A stretch of 63,756 nucleotides of DNA, filler included, from Rhabdomonas costata (lineage: Eukaryota), in assembly GCA_019059605.1 (NCBI GenBank). It is 48 parts of 48 records of this genome, joined end to end, with 100 filler letters (N's around TTAATTAATTAA, not from the genome) between each part and the next. Parts side by side here need not be neighbours in the genome. Positions count along the whole stretch, not along the records: positions 10,655 to 11,885 come from JAHMHO010022656.1; positions 11,986 to 13,217 come from JAHMHO010022657.1; positions 13,318 to 14,548 come from JAHMHO010022658.1; positions 14,649 to 15,879 come from JAHMHO010022659.1; positions 15,980 to 17,210 come from JAHMHO010022660.1; positions 17,311 to 18,541 come from JAHMHO010022661.1; positions 18,642 to 19,872 come from JAHMHO010022662.1; positions 19,973 to 21,199 come from JAHMHO010022663.1; 40 more parts are not named here. One strand, given 5' to 3'. Made by a program: the position numbers and the translations under genes. The notes beneath the pieces are model-generated. The model did not search any database, was not told the origin of the DNA, and worked only from the letters and a program-made list of their open reading frames with translations. Shown one piece after another: positions 11,492-23,861 of the stretch. Numbering within the stretch: position 1 is the stretch's first letter; each line of letters begins with the position of its first letter.

Positions 11492-13627
11492 CTGAAACAA
11501 ACAAATCACCAAGCCCTGGTCACCAACGACATCCCGCAGCAAAAAGAGGAGCCCCACCAAACACAAACAAAACTCGAGCAAACAAGAGCAAAGAAAAAGC
11601 CAAATGCAACCACAAACGGGTCAAGGACAAACAAAACATTTCAACGATGCATCTTAGGCCTTGACCAGCTTCGTGCGGTCGAGAACAACCCCAGGGCCCT
11701 CAAACAGATTTTTCCTTATGCAGCAGAGTTCCTCGCGCTCGGCTCAGCCTGAGCCTATCCGCGAATTATGAAGAAGGCCAGCTCTTGGTGAGCGGGAGAC
11801 CTTGGCACACGCGGCACCAAGGGACTATGGCTCACCTCAACCTCAAGGAAGAAAGCGTGCGTCCAAAAGTCAGCAAGGCAACCGTNNNNNNNNNNNNNNN
11901 NNNNNNNNNNNNNNNNNNNNNNNNNNNNNTTAATTAATTAANNNNNNNNNNNNNNNNNNNNNNNNNNNNNNNNNNNNNNNNNNNNTGTGGTGGGTGTGGT
12001 TGGTGGTGGGTGGGAGAGGACAGAAATGGAGGAAGGTGGTGTCCCTGGAGAAGTGAGGACACAGCGCATCGTGTGCAGTGGTCAGCTGAACGTCCGGTGC
12101 TGACGAACGCGTTGGTCAACGGGTTAGTTGACTCCCTCTAAACCTGAAGTGGAGGTGGCTCATTTCCATAAAGGTTCGGCACGGTTTGGCAGCCGATTCC
12201 GAAGAAGTTAATCTCCTTTCAGTGACGCTCTGAGACAAGTAGTGGAAAAATCAGCAAAAATATCCTCATGGGCGGCAACGGTCCACGCTGACGGTGCATG
12301 TCGTGTTGGAAAGTTGGCAACACGTCAGCATTTCTAACTCATCATCTCAATGCGGAAAAGGTCCATATACTCTTCGTTTGCAAGCGTAAAGTTCAGTCTT
12401 GAATAACGAACGCGCTAACGAAGGAAAAGCAGAAGGGGGTGCCCCATCATTTTGCCTTGCCTGCAACCAGAAGCAGACAAGGTAGCAAGTTCACACTTCG
12501 TTTTGTTAGTGAACAGGGGATGACGAGCGAAGAGGGATGGTCAACCAACTTGGGTTTCTTGTACAGCGTGAGAGAGATAAGCGCAAACAGAACATCTGAG
12601 AAGGATTAGCAGGGTGGGGGCGTGGGTTTATGTCGTCGCAGATGAGAGGCAAGTAAAGATGCAGGCTTGGAATGGAAAGGGGAAAGGGAGAAAAAAGGTT
12701 CACGATGCAACGGAGAAGCAGAGGTAGGTTGTGTTCAAGTCTTCACATTCACGTTCGGATATACTCCCTGTGGGAAGGTCCGAAGGTCCACAGAAACTAG
12801 CCTTAAGAAGTGTGAGCTCGACTGCCTGAAGTCCAGTAAACCCCTGGAAAAGCCACCAACATACCGCTATACCGCCAGAAGGCGCCCAGAAGGCGCGAGG
12901 GTCGAACCAACTGTACAGGTCGATTTTAGCGGATCATCCGTCAGCAAAAACCAATCCAGGGATGAAAAACGAGCAAAGCCGAGGGAGAAAAGCTGAGAGA
13001 GTGGATGGGTGGAATACTTTGTGAAAGGAAAAGAAGGAATACAACCCAAAAACAATCCGTTCTCTGAAAGAACGGCACACAAAAAACCTTCCCACACCGC
13101 GGTCAGGCACGGGGCGGGTGCATAAAAATAAGCGTTGACACAGGCTGGCCGTCCTCATCGCAGTGCACGCTCTGTGTAAAAGGTGAAGGTGGTGCATCGC
13201 AAAACAACAACCCAAAANNNNNNNNNNNNNNNNNNNNNNNNNNNNNNNNNNNNNNNNNNNNTTAATTAATTAANNNNNNNNNNNNNNNNNNNNNNNNNNN
13301 NNNNNNNNNNNNNNNNNGTGTGTGGGTTATCAAACGGTGGGCATACGCACATTCTTTGCGCCTCGCCTTGCCTCACCTTGATGCTCATGGTTAGACGTGG
13401 GAGTACCCCCATGTGCTCCGCATACAAGTATGAGAGGGAGTAAGGACTTCTTCAACGCAGAGACTTTTGTCTGCTGGAATAACTGAATAGTTTTTGTATT
13501 TTCCTCTCGTTCTCATTTGTAGAATTGTCGTTGGGGGCTTAAGTACCGATCTTCGTTTTGCCCATACCTACACACACTTTCTCTCATCTCTCTCATCCCG
13601 AAATTCCCATCCCGTCTGCATGATTAG

Positions 13628-14530
13628 GCTGGCCGAGACCTTGGTGTACTCCATACCCCGCGGTAAAGTCCTGAAGGTGGGCCGGGCGGACTCCAAGAGC
13701 CCTCCCGACATTGAGTTCAATGGCCTGGGGATCACCAAAGGGCACTGCGTCCTGGAGCACACCCCCAGTGGGGAGGTGTTTGGGGGGCACGCTGCGAAGG
13801 AGGGAGAGAGATTGCAGAAAAGTGGAATGACAGTACCCGGAGAGAAAATCTGGGGCTGCCCTTTCGTCGAAGCTTTAACTTTCGAGACCGTTTCAATCTC
13901 CTTCTGGACAGATTATTGACCATGGACCACGTGTCGTCTATCGGATTCATTGCTTCATTACATTTATCGAGGGCAAAGCCGAAGCAGGCCCGGAGTCTTT
14001 TCGATGTGCAGTGGGCCTCCCGAAATGCTGCGTGGCCCGTCCTTGCACCCTCAGGACGATACCCACCCGTGCCGTGCCTCTTCGAGGCTCTTCCTTTTTA
14101 TATTGTGCCGCTTCTTTCCCCAGCGCAGCGGAGGTTTTGTTGCGTGTATTTCGCGTATTTTGCGCGCATTCTGATTCCAGACGCCTTTGAACAGTTGTTG
14201 ATGGGCCTGATGCGAGGTAAAAATACTTGAGCTTGCATACACTTTTCTCGTATCCAATATCCATGTGTATGTATGTGTCCGACGGGCTGAGCTGCCTAGG
14301 CTTGGCCCCATTTTCATGGGAGCCGCTCGAGTTTGGTTTTATGGGTGGTTCTTTTCGGACTTACCAGATACTTGCCCTCAAGACCATTTGATAACACCCG
14401 TCAATGGGAATAGTCTGTCATAACTCGAGCACTTTATTGCTGTGCAGGTGTACATCACCTCCGGGACGAACTCCCGCACCTTGGTTAACGGGGAGCAAAT
14501 CCGAAGCCGCACCCGGCTCTTCCACAACAC
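13628..14530 (+). CDS. Kinesin-3 family FHA domain (partial)
   Basis: Exons 13628-13775 (LAETLVYSIPRGKVLKVGRADSKSPPDIEFNGLGITKGHCVLEHTPSGE) and 14448 onward (VYITSGTNSRTLVNGEQIRSRTRLFHN) match the KIF1/KIF13/KIF28 FHA consensus. Confidence 0.8.
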
Positions 14531-14987
14531 CCCAACCACACCCACCACNNNNNNNNNNNNNNNNNNNNNNNNNNNNNNNNNNNNNNNNNNNNTTAATTAA
14601 TTAANNNNNNNNNNNNNNNNNNNNNNNNNNNNNNNNNNNNNNNNNNNNGGTGGGTGGTATGCACGATGAGTATAGGGGCGGTGACGAACATACCTGAGAA
14701 ACCGCACGGAAGCTGAGCGCTTCAGGCCTTCCAGCGGGGGAAGCCCAGTGCAGAGGTTAGGACTTGACGGCGCCTTCTGTGAACCGAGGCCAGCAAAAGA
14801 CTAGACAGTGAGGAAATTTGAGTGCAAAAACTTGGGTTTCAGCAGACTCTTCGGCAGAACGTGTCGACACGTTTCTCCTCACCACACTTTTTTGATTACC
14901 CTGCTAATCTACCGCCATATCGTTTTATTCCACACGTTGACACACACCTCCGACCACCATTCATGAGAACGAGGCTGGGAACTTGAT

Positions 14988-15802
14988 TCAAGACGGGATA
15001 CTAAGGGGTGGGGTTGGAAGAGTGGGGGGAATTCCTTTTGAATCTTCATATGCGGAAAGAACTTCACATGGGGGAAAGGAGGTCTTGGGAGGTTTTGTTG
15101 GTTCCGTGACAATATTTATGGTCCGCCCGCCTGGCGAGAGAGGGGCCGAGGGGACTGAATGGGGTGAGAAGGCCCGTACCGGTGGACGGGGTCTTCGGAG
15201 GGCGCTCGGAGAACCCGTGGACAGGGCTGGAGCCGTCGGAGACGAAGGGGTGATCAGTGCTCCTTCCAGAAGGGGAGGTAGATGGTGTGAGGGTTTTGCG
15301 GGGAAGGGTGTTGTCCTAAATGCAAAACAAACGGCGCGCAGGTTTTCCCCGTAGAGAAAAAGCCGTGGAGACCAACAACAAATGCCGACAACCTCCTGAA
15401 GTAAGCAACACCCTAAAACAAGCGATCGCGCGCTAGAAATTTCGTCTCTGCAAAGCTTTCCCTCGAAGAGAAGAAAAAGGCACTCCCGCTTTTCTACGAC
15501 TCCCACGCGTTCTGCGAAAACCAATATTTCATGCTTTGCCCTGCTATCCCCACATTGGCCGTGGGCATAACAAGGCGATTCGGTAAATCTCATGATCAAT
15601 TCAACACGTACACGCGAGCAAACATACAAACGTACACATGTACCCGAACTGCTCAACGCTACACCAAGCAACTCTTTGGCCAGGAGCGAGATTTTCATCC
15701 CCCACCCCTCCAGAAGCCTGCAGAGGAAGCACCGAATGAAAACTGTGGGCAAGCAGATGAGTTCGAGGTTCATCACCAAGGTATGATGAGTACATCCTCT
15801 TC
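14988..15802 (-). CDS. Hypothetical Pro/Ser-rich protein, last exons
   Basis: Open Pro-rich terminal exon ~15316-14988 and a probable upstream exon ~15802-15707. Confidence 0.35.
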
Positions 15803-17410
15803 CTGGTTAAAGCGCAGTTAAGGGAAGACAGAAGGAAGTGTGAGAGAGAAGCCGACAAACGGAACCCCACAACACAAACNNNNNNNNNNNNNNNNNNNNN
15901 NNNNNNNNNNNNNNNNNNNNNNNTTAATTAATTAANNNNNNNNNNNNNNNNNNNNNNNNNNNNNNNNNNNNNNNNNNNNTTGTGGGGTTGCCAGATTGGG
16001 GCCTGAGGCAGCCAGTTTATCCACGGATTCCCAGGACCATCACAGTCGTCAACGCCAGTGTCCAGAGGAACCAGGCTTCCCGCTTGCAACCCAGTGCCAT
16101 CGGATAGTTCTTCCAGCGAGGTTAGCACCAAAGGGAGGCCTTCGGCAGTTCCAGAGCTGGATCCTGGGGGCAGTAGACCCGTTCGGATGCGGAGAACTGG
16201 GAGTCGGTGCGTTGGTTAACACCTGGAGACATTTTGTCCGAAAGAGCCGTTCCGGAGTATCCCCGTGGACTCCGCACACAATTTCAGCGGCAGGTGGAAG
16301 CAGAGAGAGAGACCAGAGGCACACCACCGCACCACCACACACACAAACACCACCACAAAGCGGCTGGATAAAGAAAGCTCGAGCCCGATGACCTTCTTCT
16401 CAGCCTCATACTTGGTCTCTGAAGAGCGCTAATACCGGTCTGGTAAATTCGGTGCCCGGCTAAAGAGCCACGGATGTTGGGTGCCTTGCGCTTTCATCCG
16501 GACCACAAAGCTGGCCATCACGCTCTGGACGGCGGTAGGTGCCGGGTTCGAAGGGGTGCGGGTACCGCTTTGGTTGGGCCTGGACCGTCAGGGCGGTGGC
16601 AAGACTTGCGGGCGATGGGTATGGCTGTGGGCAGGTTGGTCGCCTTGGCCATAGGCGCATATTGGCTGGTACTTCTTGGTCGCGCCGCGGTACTAACTCC
16701 ATACATATAGCGTTCTCAGCGCGGGCCCCGGATTCTCTTGGCATTGTCATCTTCAGGGTGAGGGCCTCTACCCTGACCGCCAAAATTCTGGTCAACAGGG
16801 GCGTTCAAAAAGGCAGGGAAGCAGGATGCAAACTTGCTTAAAACTGGGCGGATGAAAACAAAAACGGGGGCAAATTAAAGCGCCACGTACAGGGAGCAAA
16901 GGAGAACATAACAGCACCCGGCATACACAAACACGAATCAGGCAAGAAACCAGGCAAGCGAGCCTCCAAAAAATGGCCCCATTTTACCTTTATGTAGGAC
17001 CAGGGCTCGCGGCACAGGAATCCACCCAATGGGAAATGCTGCGTGGGCCCAAAACCGTCCACTGCAAGAAGGGTCCGCCTAAAACGAACGGTCGGGATGA
17101 CGCTGGTGGCCGATGGTCTTTCATCGCTGCCTGTGATTTCGGCGGCGGTGTGCCCAATCCCCCACTCCAACCTGAAAAATCCGATCTCAAATTGTCGGTA
17201 CCACAAAACANNNNNNNNNNNNNNNNNNNNNNNNNNNNNNNNNNNNNNNNNNNNTTAATTAATTAANNNNNNNNNNNNNNNNNNNNNNNNNNNNNNNNNN
17301 NNNNNNNNNNGTTGTTTTTGATACCCACGAGGCGCTGCGAGATGAGTCCATCAGGAGCAACCCTTCGATAACGCATCGAGATGCCTGTTTAACGTTGTTT
17401 AACGTTGGGT

Positions 17411-18292
17411 TTAGAAACCCTTGACGTTGATCATCGGAAGTAGCCGGTGCACAACTTCCACCAGGTCGGCCTGGTGGGCCATGACAACGCTAAGGTCCTT
17501 GTACGCATCAGGGGCCTCATCTCGCAGCGCCTCGTGGGTATCACAAACAATTCCCTGCACGCTGTGCTCGAACTTCCTTTGCGTAATGATCTGCACAAAA
17601 ATGAGGGAGGGAGGGTGATGAGGAGGGAGGGACGATGCAATAATTCAACAAATCGCGATAAGAAAAGAGAACAAAATGTGCGGTTTGGCCAGCAAAGTCC
17701 CCATTGCATACACTCACAAGTAGCAGCGTGGTGACGGTAATATGACAAGGACCTCCTTGAGACTCACATTCACATGCCCACATGCTTACACCAGTACTCT
17801 CTCTCTCTCTCTCGCAGGTTACGGAAGAAAAAAGAGTAAAAAGCAGTGGCCTCCATCGCAACATGCCTTTTTGGCGCGGGTTCGGCTCATTCTTCTCCCA
17901 GCACCATGGCTGCAGGATTGCCAAGAAGCGAGGTTTCCCTTTCCTCGGACCTAATTTGAGGTGAGTGCTCACACAAAAGACTCACAGATACGTTCCATAT
18001 TTTTTTTGCACAGAACATCAGCGAACTCTTCAAAAGGTCCATCGCGAAACCACAGGTGAATGAAAAACGGTCACTACAAAGCGTGTGCTGCATTATTATT
18101 GCCGCATCTAGATGCCGTCTCCCCAAAGAAAGGTGAAAAGAAATGAACATATAATGGCACGAGAGGAGGAGGCGGAGAAAATTACCACGTAGGAGCCCGT
18201 GCCCATGCTCCCTGGAATGATGCCGTACTCCCCAACTTTGGCGCTTGTGGCGCCTTTGCGCGTGACCCAAAGATCGCGCGTTACTGTCTCCC
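17411..18292 (-). CDS. rtcB: RtcB-family RNA ligase, bacterial type, C-terminal three exons
   Basis: Exons 18292-18186 (LWVTRKGATSAKVGEYGIIPGSMGTGSYV), 17950-17867 (VRGKGNLASWQSCSHGAGRRMSRTRAKK) and 17590-17411 (…DEAPDAYKDLSVVMAHQADLVEVVHRLLPMINVKGF*). RKGA, PGSMG, SHGAGR, YKD and C-terminal KG motifs are all present. Confidence 0.95.
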
Positions 18293-19215
18293 CTGCCACA
18301 ACCAAACAGAAAAACACAGCGAGAAAGAGACAGAGAGAGATTGAAAAACGCCTGATTCCTTCCCTCCTATGAACCCTGCTCTGCTTGTTCGCCCCGTTCC
18401 TGAACAGCCACGGACAACCACAGACAATTCCAACTCCACCTGTTTCCTTCTCCATCCTCTTTCATGTCCTGCAGTGCGAACTTCATCCCTCGGGTCTTTT
18501 GTACTAACAGCAGTGGCCTCCCGAAACGCGACGGGGCCGATNNNNNNNNNNNNNNNNNNNNNNNNNNNNNNNNNNNNNNNNNNNNTTAATTAATTAANNN
18601 NNNNNNNNNNNNNNNNNNNNNNNNNNNNNNNNNNNNNNNNNGTTGTTTGTGTCCTGAATTCCTCCCAAGGTAAACTGCACCCCATGCAACCCGTTCCACC
18701 ACAATCTACCGCTTTCTTGCAGCCTTCTGTTTTAGCGATAACCCGGGCACCTTTCATACGACTTTTCAGAGCGGGTGTGAGAGCCATGTATCTTTGCTTC
18801 TTTCTGGTATCCTCCTCTGGGGAACGGCGCGTGTGCAGAGGCTGCACGAAACTTCTCCGTTGCGAAGTCCTGGAGTGGCCGGCTCCTTGTGCAGGCCACG
18901 TGCGCACCCTGCATGGCCTGCACCGGGGCCTTACCCGGAAGCATGGCTTCCTTGTTGTGCCCATCCCCTTATCCGGGTGTGTCCTGCTGGGTACCGAAGA
19001 GATTGGAGGGATCCGGCGGATTGTGTTTGAACGAAGGATCAAATGAAGGGGGCTGCTCAGAAACGCAGATCCACTCCTGGAGTGAAGGCAGCTCCACCTT
19101 GGCTTGGAACGATCAAACATGCGCTCAGGTGTTTCGCTCCTGCTCCGCTATGGCTGGCTTGATGTGTCTTAGGGATTTGGCCACAGCTTTAAATCGCTTT
19201 ACCCTCCCCCTACAG

Positions 19216-19493
19216 CTTGCGTAGTGGTCCTTCTTACCTATTCTTGGGATGCGTTTGCTGTGTGGGGACGAAGCAGTCCCTGGCATGAAGGCAGTACCTT
19301 GCACCAAGCGTCGACTGTTCCATTTTGGGTGTTGGCCGCACTTACAGAGGGGGTCCTGTTTTACGTCCTGGCCCACCCCTTTGAGACGTGGGCACTGCCT
19401 GTGTGCCTGCTGATCTCCCCGCGGCTCACCCTGATGTACATCGCCCTCAGCGGGCGCTACCCGATCGGCGATCTCGCCAGCTCGACCTGGTGA
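19216..19493 (+). CDS. Exon of an unknown membrane protein
   Basis: Open hydrophobic exon after a polypyrimidine-CAG acceptor (…PFWVLAALTEGVLFYVLAHPFETWALPVCLLISPRLTLMYIAL…). Confidence 0.45.
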
Positions 19494-19996
19494 TCCAACT
19501 TGCTTTCTTCTTTCTGCTCAGATGTGTGTTGTAGGATGACCCTCAATGGCAGGCACATAACAGGACTCCAATTCCGTAATGGAAAATAGGGGAGCCGGTC
19601 GGAATCAGAATTTCCGCACTAGAATTTCTTGGGTTGGCCAAAATGAAGAGCACTCTGCTCTTAAGTGCAGAGATGGTCCTCGACTTTCGAAATGGTTTGT
19701 GGCAGATCCCAATTTGACAGCTGCTATCCCGTCTTCAACACCTTTTCTTTCCGCAATCTGTGACACTCTCTCCTAAACGGGGCACAACCAAACGCTGTTT
19801 TGCCACTCTCCGGCGGTGCATTGATATTCCCTTATCCCTGGTAGGTTCTGGACGGCCTGGGTATTGATCCCCNNNNNNNNNNNNNNNNNNNNNNNNNNNN
19901 NNNNNNNNNNNNNNNNTTAATTAATTAANNNNNNNNNNNNNNNNNNNNNNNNNNNNNNNNNNNNNNNNNNNNGGGGGTGGGTGGTGGCGGACTTAC

Positions 19997-20264
19997 CCCC
20001 GTGCCGCACCCCACATCTAGAACCCGCACCGGAGCCTGAGGGTCGCTACCCGCGGCCTGCCACACCGGTCCCAAGGTTAGGCCGGGGTAGCTTCGGCGCA
20101 GGAATTCCACGAAGGGGGCCCGGGAGAACAGGGCAGCGGGTCCTGCAGAGAAGGAGGCCCCGGTGGGCTTGTAAGGGAAGGCGTCGTAGAAGGCCCGCAC
20201 TCGGGAGTCCGCCAGGGCCACCGCCGGACGGGCGGGAACGGGCCCCGATCCCGGCAAGGGCAGG
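19997..20264 (-). CDS. Class I SAM-dependent methyltransferase exon
   Basis: VRAFYDAFPY ... RVLDVGCGTG (motif I), ending at a gtaag donor. Confidence 0.8.
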
Positions 20265-22648
20265 CTGTTAGGAGGGTATTTCAGGCAAAAAGATAGGAAA
20301 CCACAAATGAGGGCAGAAGGATATCAGGATCTGAAGCACGGAGCTCCATGGCTCGAGATTCACAAGGGGTAGCGATTACTGTCACCTTTTTAGAGCGCTT
20401 CGATTTTTTGTTTTCGTGAAGCGATCGGCACACAAGCGAATGAGCGTGCAGGTGAGGTGGGGGCATCAAAATGCTCAACAACCGAGCGCATACGTTTTGG
20501 CACTCGGTGGGCAGAAGGTCTTGTAAAGTAGTGGTGAGGGTTCACAGCAAAAAAAAATACCCGAGCATACTATGCAGCCTCGGTACGGTACAATGCTTTG
20601 CCAGTCGCCTTCCCCGCCTCTCCCTGTTTTCCCGCACACCTCTGAGCCAGAAGCCAGGTCAGTTCATGCTGCCCTGCACGTAGCCGCTCCAAGCCCTGCA
20701 GCCAGGGGCCACACTTCCCCAATAAAGAAATTCCATAGTCGCACAGCACCACTCGGACAAAACCATACAAATCACGTTACACCAAAAACTCAGAACACAT
20801 ATCTTAAGGTCTCAGCAGCATGAGAACGTTGGCAACATGTCATTTGCACCAGTGCCAGCCTAGCGGCATTTTACAGCTTTTGCAGGGCTTCAGTTGAAAA
20901 CTAACAAAAACTAACTACTAAATTCAGTATGTCGGGATTTACCTTAACTTAAAAGTGAGCATCAGACTGCCTCCCTCATCTTCCCGCAGTTCCCTTCTTG
21001 CGCCCAATCCTTGGGAATCTTTGGAAGGGTGGTATGGGCCTTCCAAAAATTATTTGTACAGTTCAAGAGACCTCTATCAACCAAAAACATTCTTCTTCTG
21101 ATATTGGATCTGTAACTAGAGGAATCGCTGGCCAAGAACCAGCCTGTTGCTGGACAATGCCCAACGAGGGACAGGTCTGGCTTCCATCTCAACCAACAAN
21201 NNNNNNNNNNNNNNNNNNNNNNNNNNNNNNNNNNNNNNNNNNNTTAATTAATTAANNNNNNNNNNNNNNNNNNNNNNNNNNNNNNNNNNNNNNNNNNNNG
21301 TGGTGGTGGGACCACCAGATAGACGCCCTCACCCACTGATCCCCGATGGAGTCCTTCGGGGATCAGTGGGTGAGGGCGTCTATCTGGTGGTCCCAGCGCT
21401 TCCCAATCGTCCCACTCCTGCATGTTTGCGTCTTTTTGTTGGCTCTGGCGGGTACTGCAAAATTGTCATCGTGATGCTCTACGGTACTATGCGCTCAGCA
21501 TGTCTGCTCTGCGCTTTTGCCTAGGTTCCATTGTGGTGTGGCGCATACGCTCGCTGTTAACCCAGGGTGCTCACCTCTTCTGCGACTTGGTTGCTGCGCA
21601 CGGACTGATGCAAACTTCAGATGCTTCGGTTGGCTTTTTAAGCCTGGGTCCTGGGGTCTCTGCAGACTGCCCCTGCGGGTCCCTGGCAGACCAGCAAAGG
21701 CAACTGTCTGGCTTTTGCTGCTGCTGCTGCCGCTGCTCTCAGATGTCCTCAAGCTCGCCCGATTTTCCAGAGGGTGAATGTATGTGTTATGGGTGAAAGA
21801 GGTGGTGGTGAACGAACCGCACAGACTGCAGGGCGATGGTGTTCTCCTCCGCATTGATGCTGTACAGCGTCCCTGGGGATGAGCGTGCGCTTGTTTGTAA
21901 AGGGCGCAATCATCTTCATACACCAAAGTCAGGAAACGAGAATGTGCGGTGCTCACCCTAGGTAGACATCCCATGCACACGAACCAAGGCTTGCTTCGCT
22001 TGCCTTTCACAGGACGACGGCACGCGGACCTCCCCCTTAACTGCTGAATAGCAAATGCTCCACCTTCACCAAGTATTTTTGCCCTTTCCTGTTGAGGAAA
22101 AATGCTTTTGGTGCCGAAATCCCGCCTGCACACACTCAGCGCAATGCTTCTCGTAATGAGCGGATAAAATTTTCGTACCTCTGATGAAGTACTTTCCACA
22201 AAACGCACCTTTCGTCCTTATTCGGGTCGTATTCAATGCCGTCCAACAGTCCCCGTTAACAAGCATCGAGAATGAACCCAAGGCCACTTGAATGATTCGA
22301 AGTCAGAGCGTCCGTACCACAAACCCGCTTAACCGCTTAACGGCTTAACGGCGGCAACGCCGCACAGTAATAGTAGTAGTAGAAGAAGAAGAAGAACCAT
22401 TAAACGACATGCCACATCACTGCGTGTGGCCACCACTAACGAGGCAAGTGCAAACATGCATATACGAGTTGAGGAAAGCGAGGTTCCGACCTTCATAGCA
22501 GATCTCGCTTTTGCTGATCAGGCTGATACCNNNNNNNNNNNNNNNNNNNNNNNNNNNNNNNNNNNNNNNNNNNNTTAATTAATTAANNNNNNNNNNNNNN
22601 NNNNNNNNNNNNNNNNNNNNNNNNNNNNNNGGGGGGGGGGAGAGATAC

Positions 22649-23861
22649 CAATGCCAAAGGCATAGCTGGAGAAGGACCCAAGCAGGGGGGCCAGGGACTG
22701 CTGCGCGTCCTGCAGGGTCACCACTTCCACGTGGTTGCGCTGGAACACCGCCGCTGCCACCACGGTCATCGCGGAGTTCACCAGAAAGGCCACATTCATC
22801 GCCACTAGGATGTCGATCACCTCCAGCCTTGTTTTTTATTTCCTTTTCCCAGTTGACAACAGCAACGCAGCAAAATATATATACGCAGCAAAAAAATGCA
22901 CACATAGATACCTCCCGATTGCTTGTGCATCGCTGCAACTGACCTTTGCAGCGCAGCAAAAAAAAACGTAAGAAAAGCCCAAGCACAAGCGCCCACGCGG
23001 GAATCACTTTGGCGCCGGGCATGGACACACCTTTTGCTTAACGTGCAGCCGCCGCACTGATGCACATGAGATAAAAACAAAAACATCAACATTGCACAAA
23101 AGCAAAAAGAACACATCACTCAACAGCCAAAAGACCAGACGCCAGGCACAGATGGGTGGAAATGCCAGAACTTTTTCAGCACCCTTTCTCTTCCAACAGC
23201 AACAGCCCAATGGAATTTTTTTGGGGCTGGTAAACTGGCTTGAAATTTTTGCGGATTTAACTTAGGGTTAGCTCAAAAACATGCCAGCACTCCCGAAATG
23301 CCTGTTTGTGTAAGGGAGTTATGTTACCTTAGCCAGTGCCCCCTAGATGATTGTTTTGTTTAGCAGCTGAAAAATACTGCTGGCAAAGGATTCGCCAATG
23401 GCTGGGATTTGGCCGGACGAGTAGAAAAGCATTAGTTCAGGGCGAAGGCCAGTCCGGGACGCGGCCGGAGCGGCATGGGCGGGGACGTGACCTGAAGCCT
23501 TAAACGACTATTTAATAACGTGATCCCATAGAAACATGACTACCACTGGTAACCGCTATCAGAGGCCACTGTTACCACTCCCCCACCCCCAACCTCCAGA
23601 GCACCCTTCCAACCCTTGACTGCCCGATTTGCTCAGATGCATCTAAACCTGTAGTGCCTCTGGCACTCCTTGGGGCCGTCCTCGGGGTGCCGCCGGGCCT
23701 GCACCAGCTCGGAGTGCAGGTAGATCACGTGAGGCATCACCGTGGCCCCCAGCATCCCCACGGCGAGGTTCACGCTGCTCAGCAAGGGCCGCGGAAGCAT
23801 GGGCACCGCGACGTGCAGGGCGACTTGGTCCCACTGTGGCCGCGCCAGAACCACCTCGGCG
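22649..23861 (-). CDS. mntH: Nramp/MntH divalent metal transporter, bacterial type (partial)
   Basis: Exons >23861-23649 (…LAVGMLGATVMPHVIYLHSELVQ…HYR) and 22827-22649 (LEVIDILVAMNVAFLVNSAMTVVAAAVF…SLAPLLGSFSSYAFGI) joined in phase by a GT-AG intron; TM6 MPH signature. Confidence 0.93.

Noticed and set aside
17311-17550. Inverted copy (about 17313-17346) of rtcB exon sequence (17516-17550)
   Set aside because: It duplicates coding sequence exactly at a contig start, so it is best explained as an amplification chimera.
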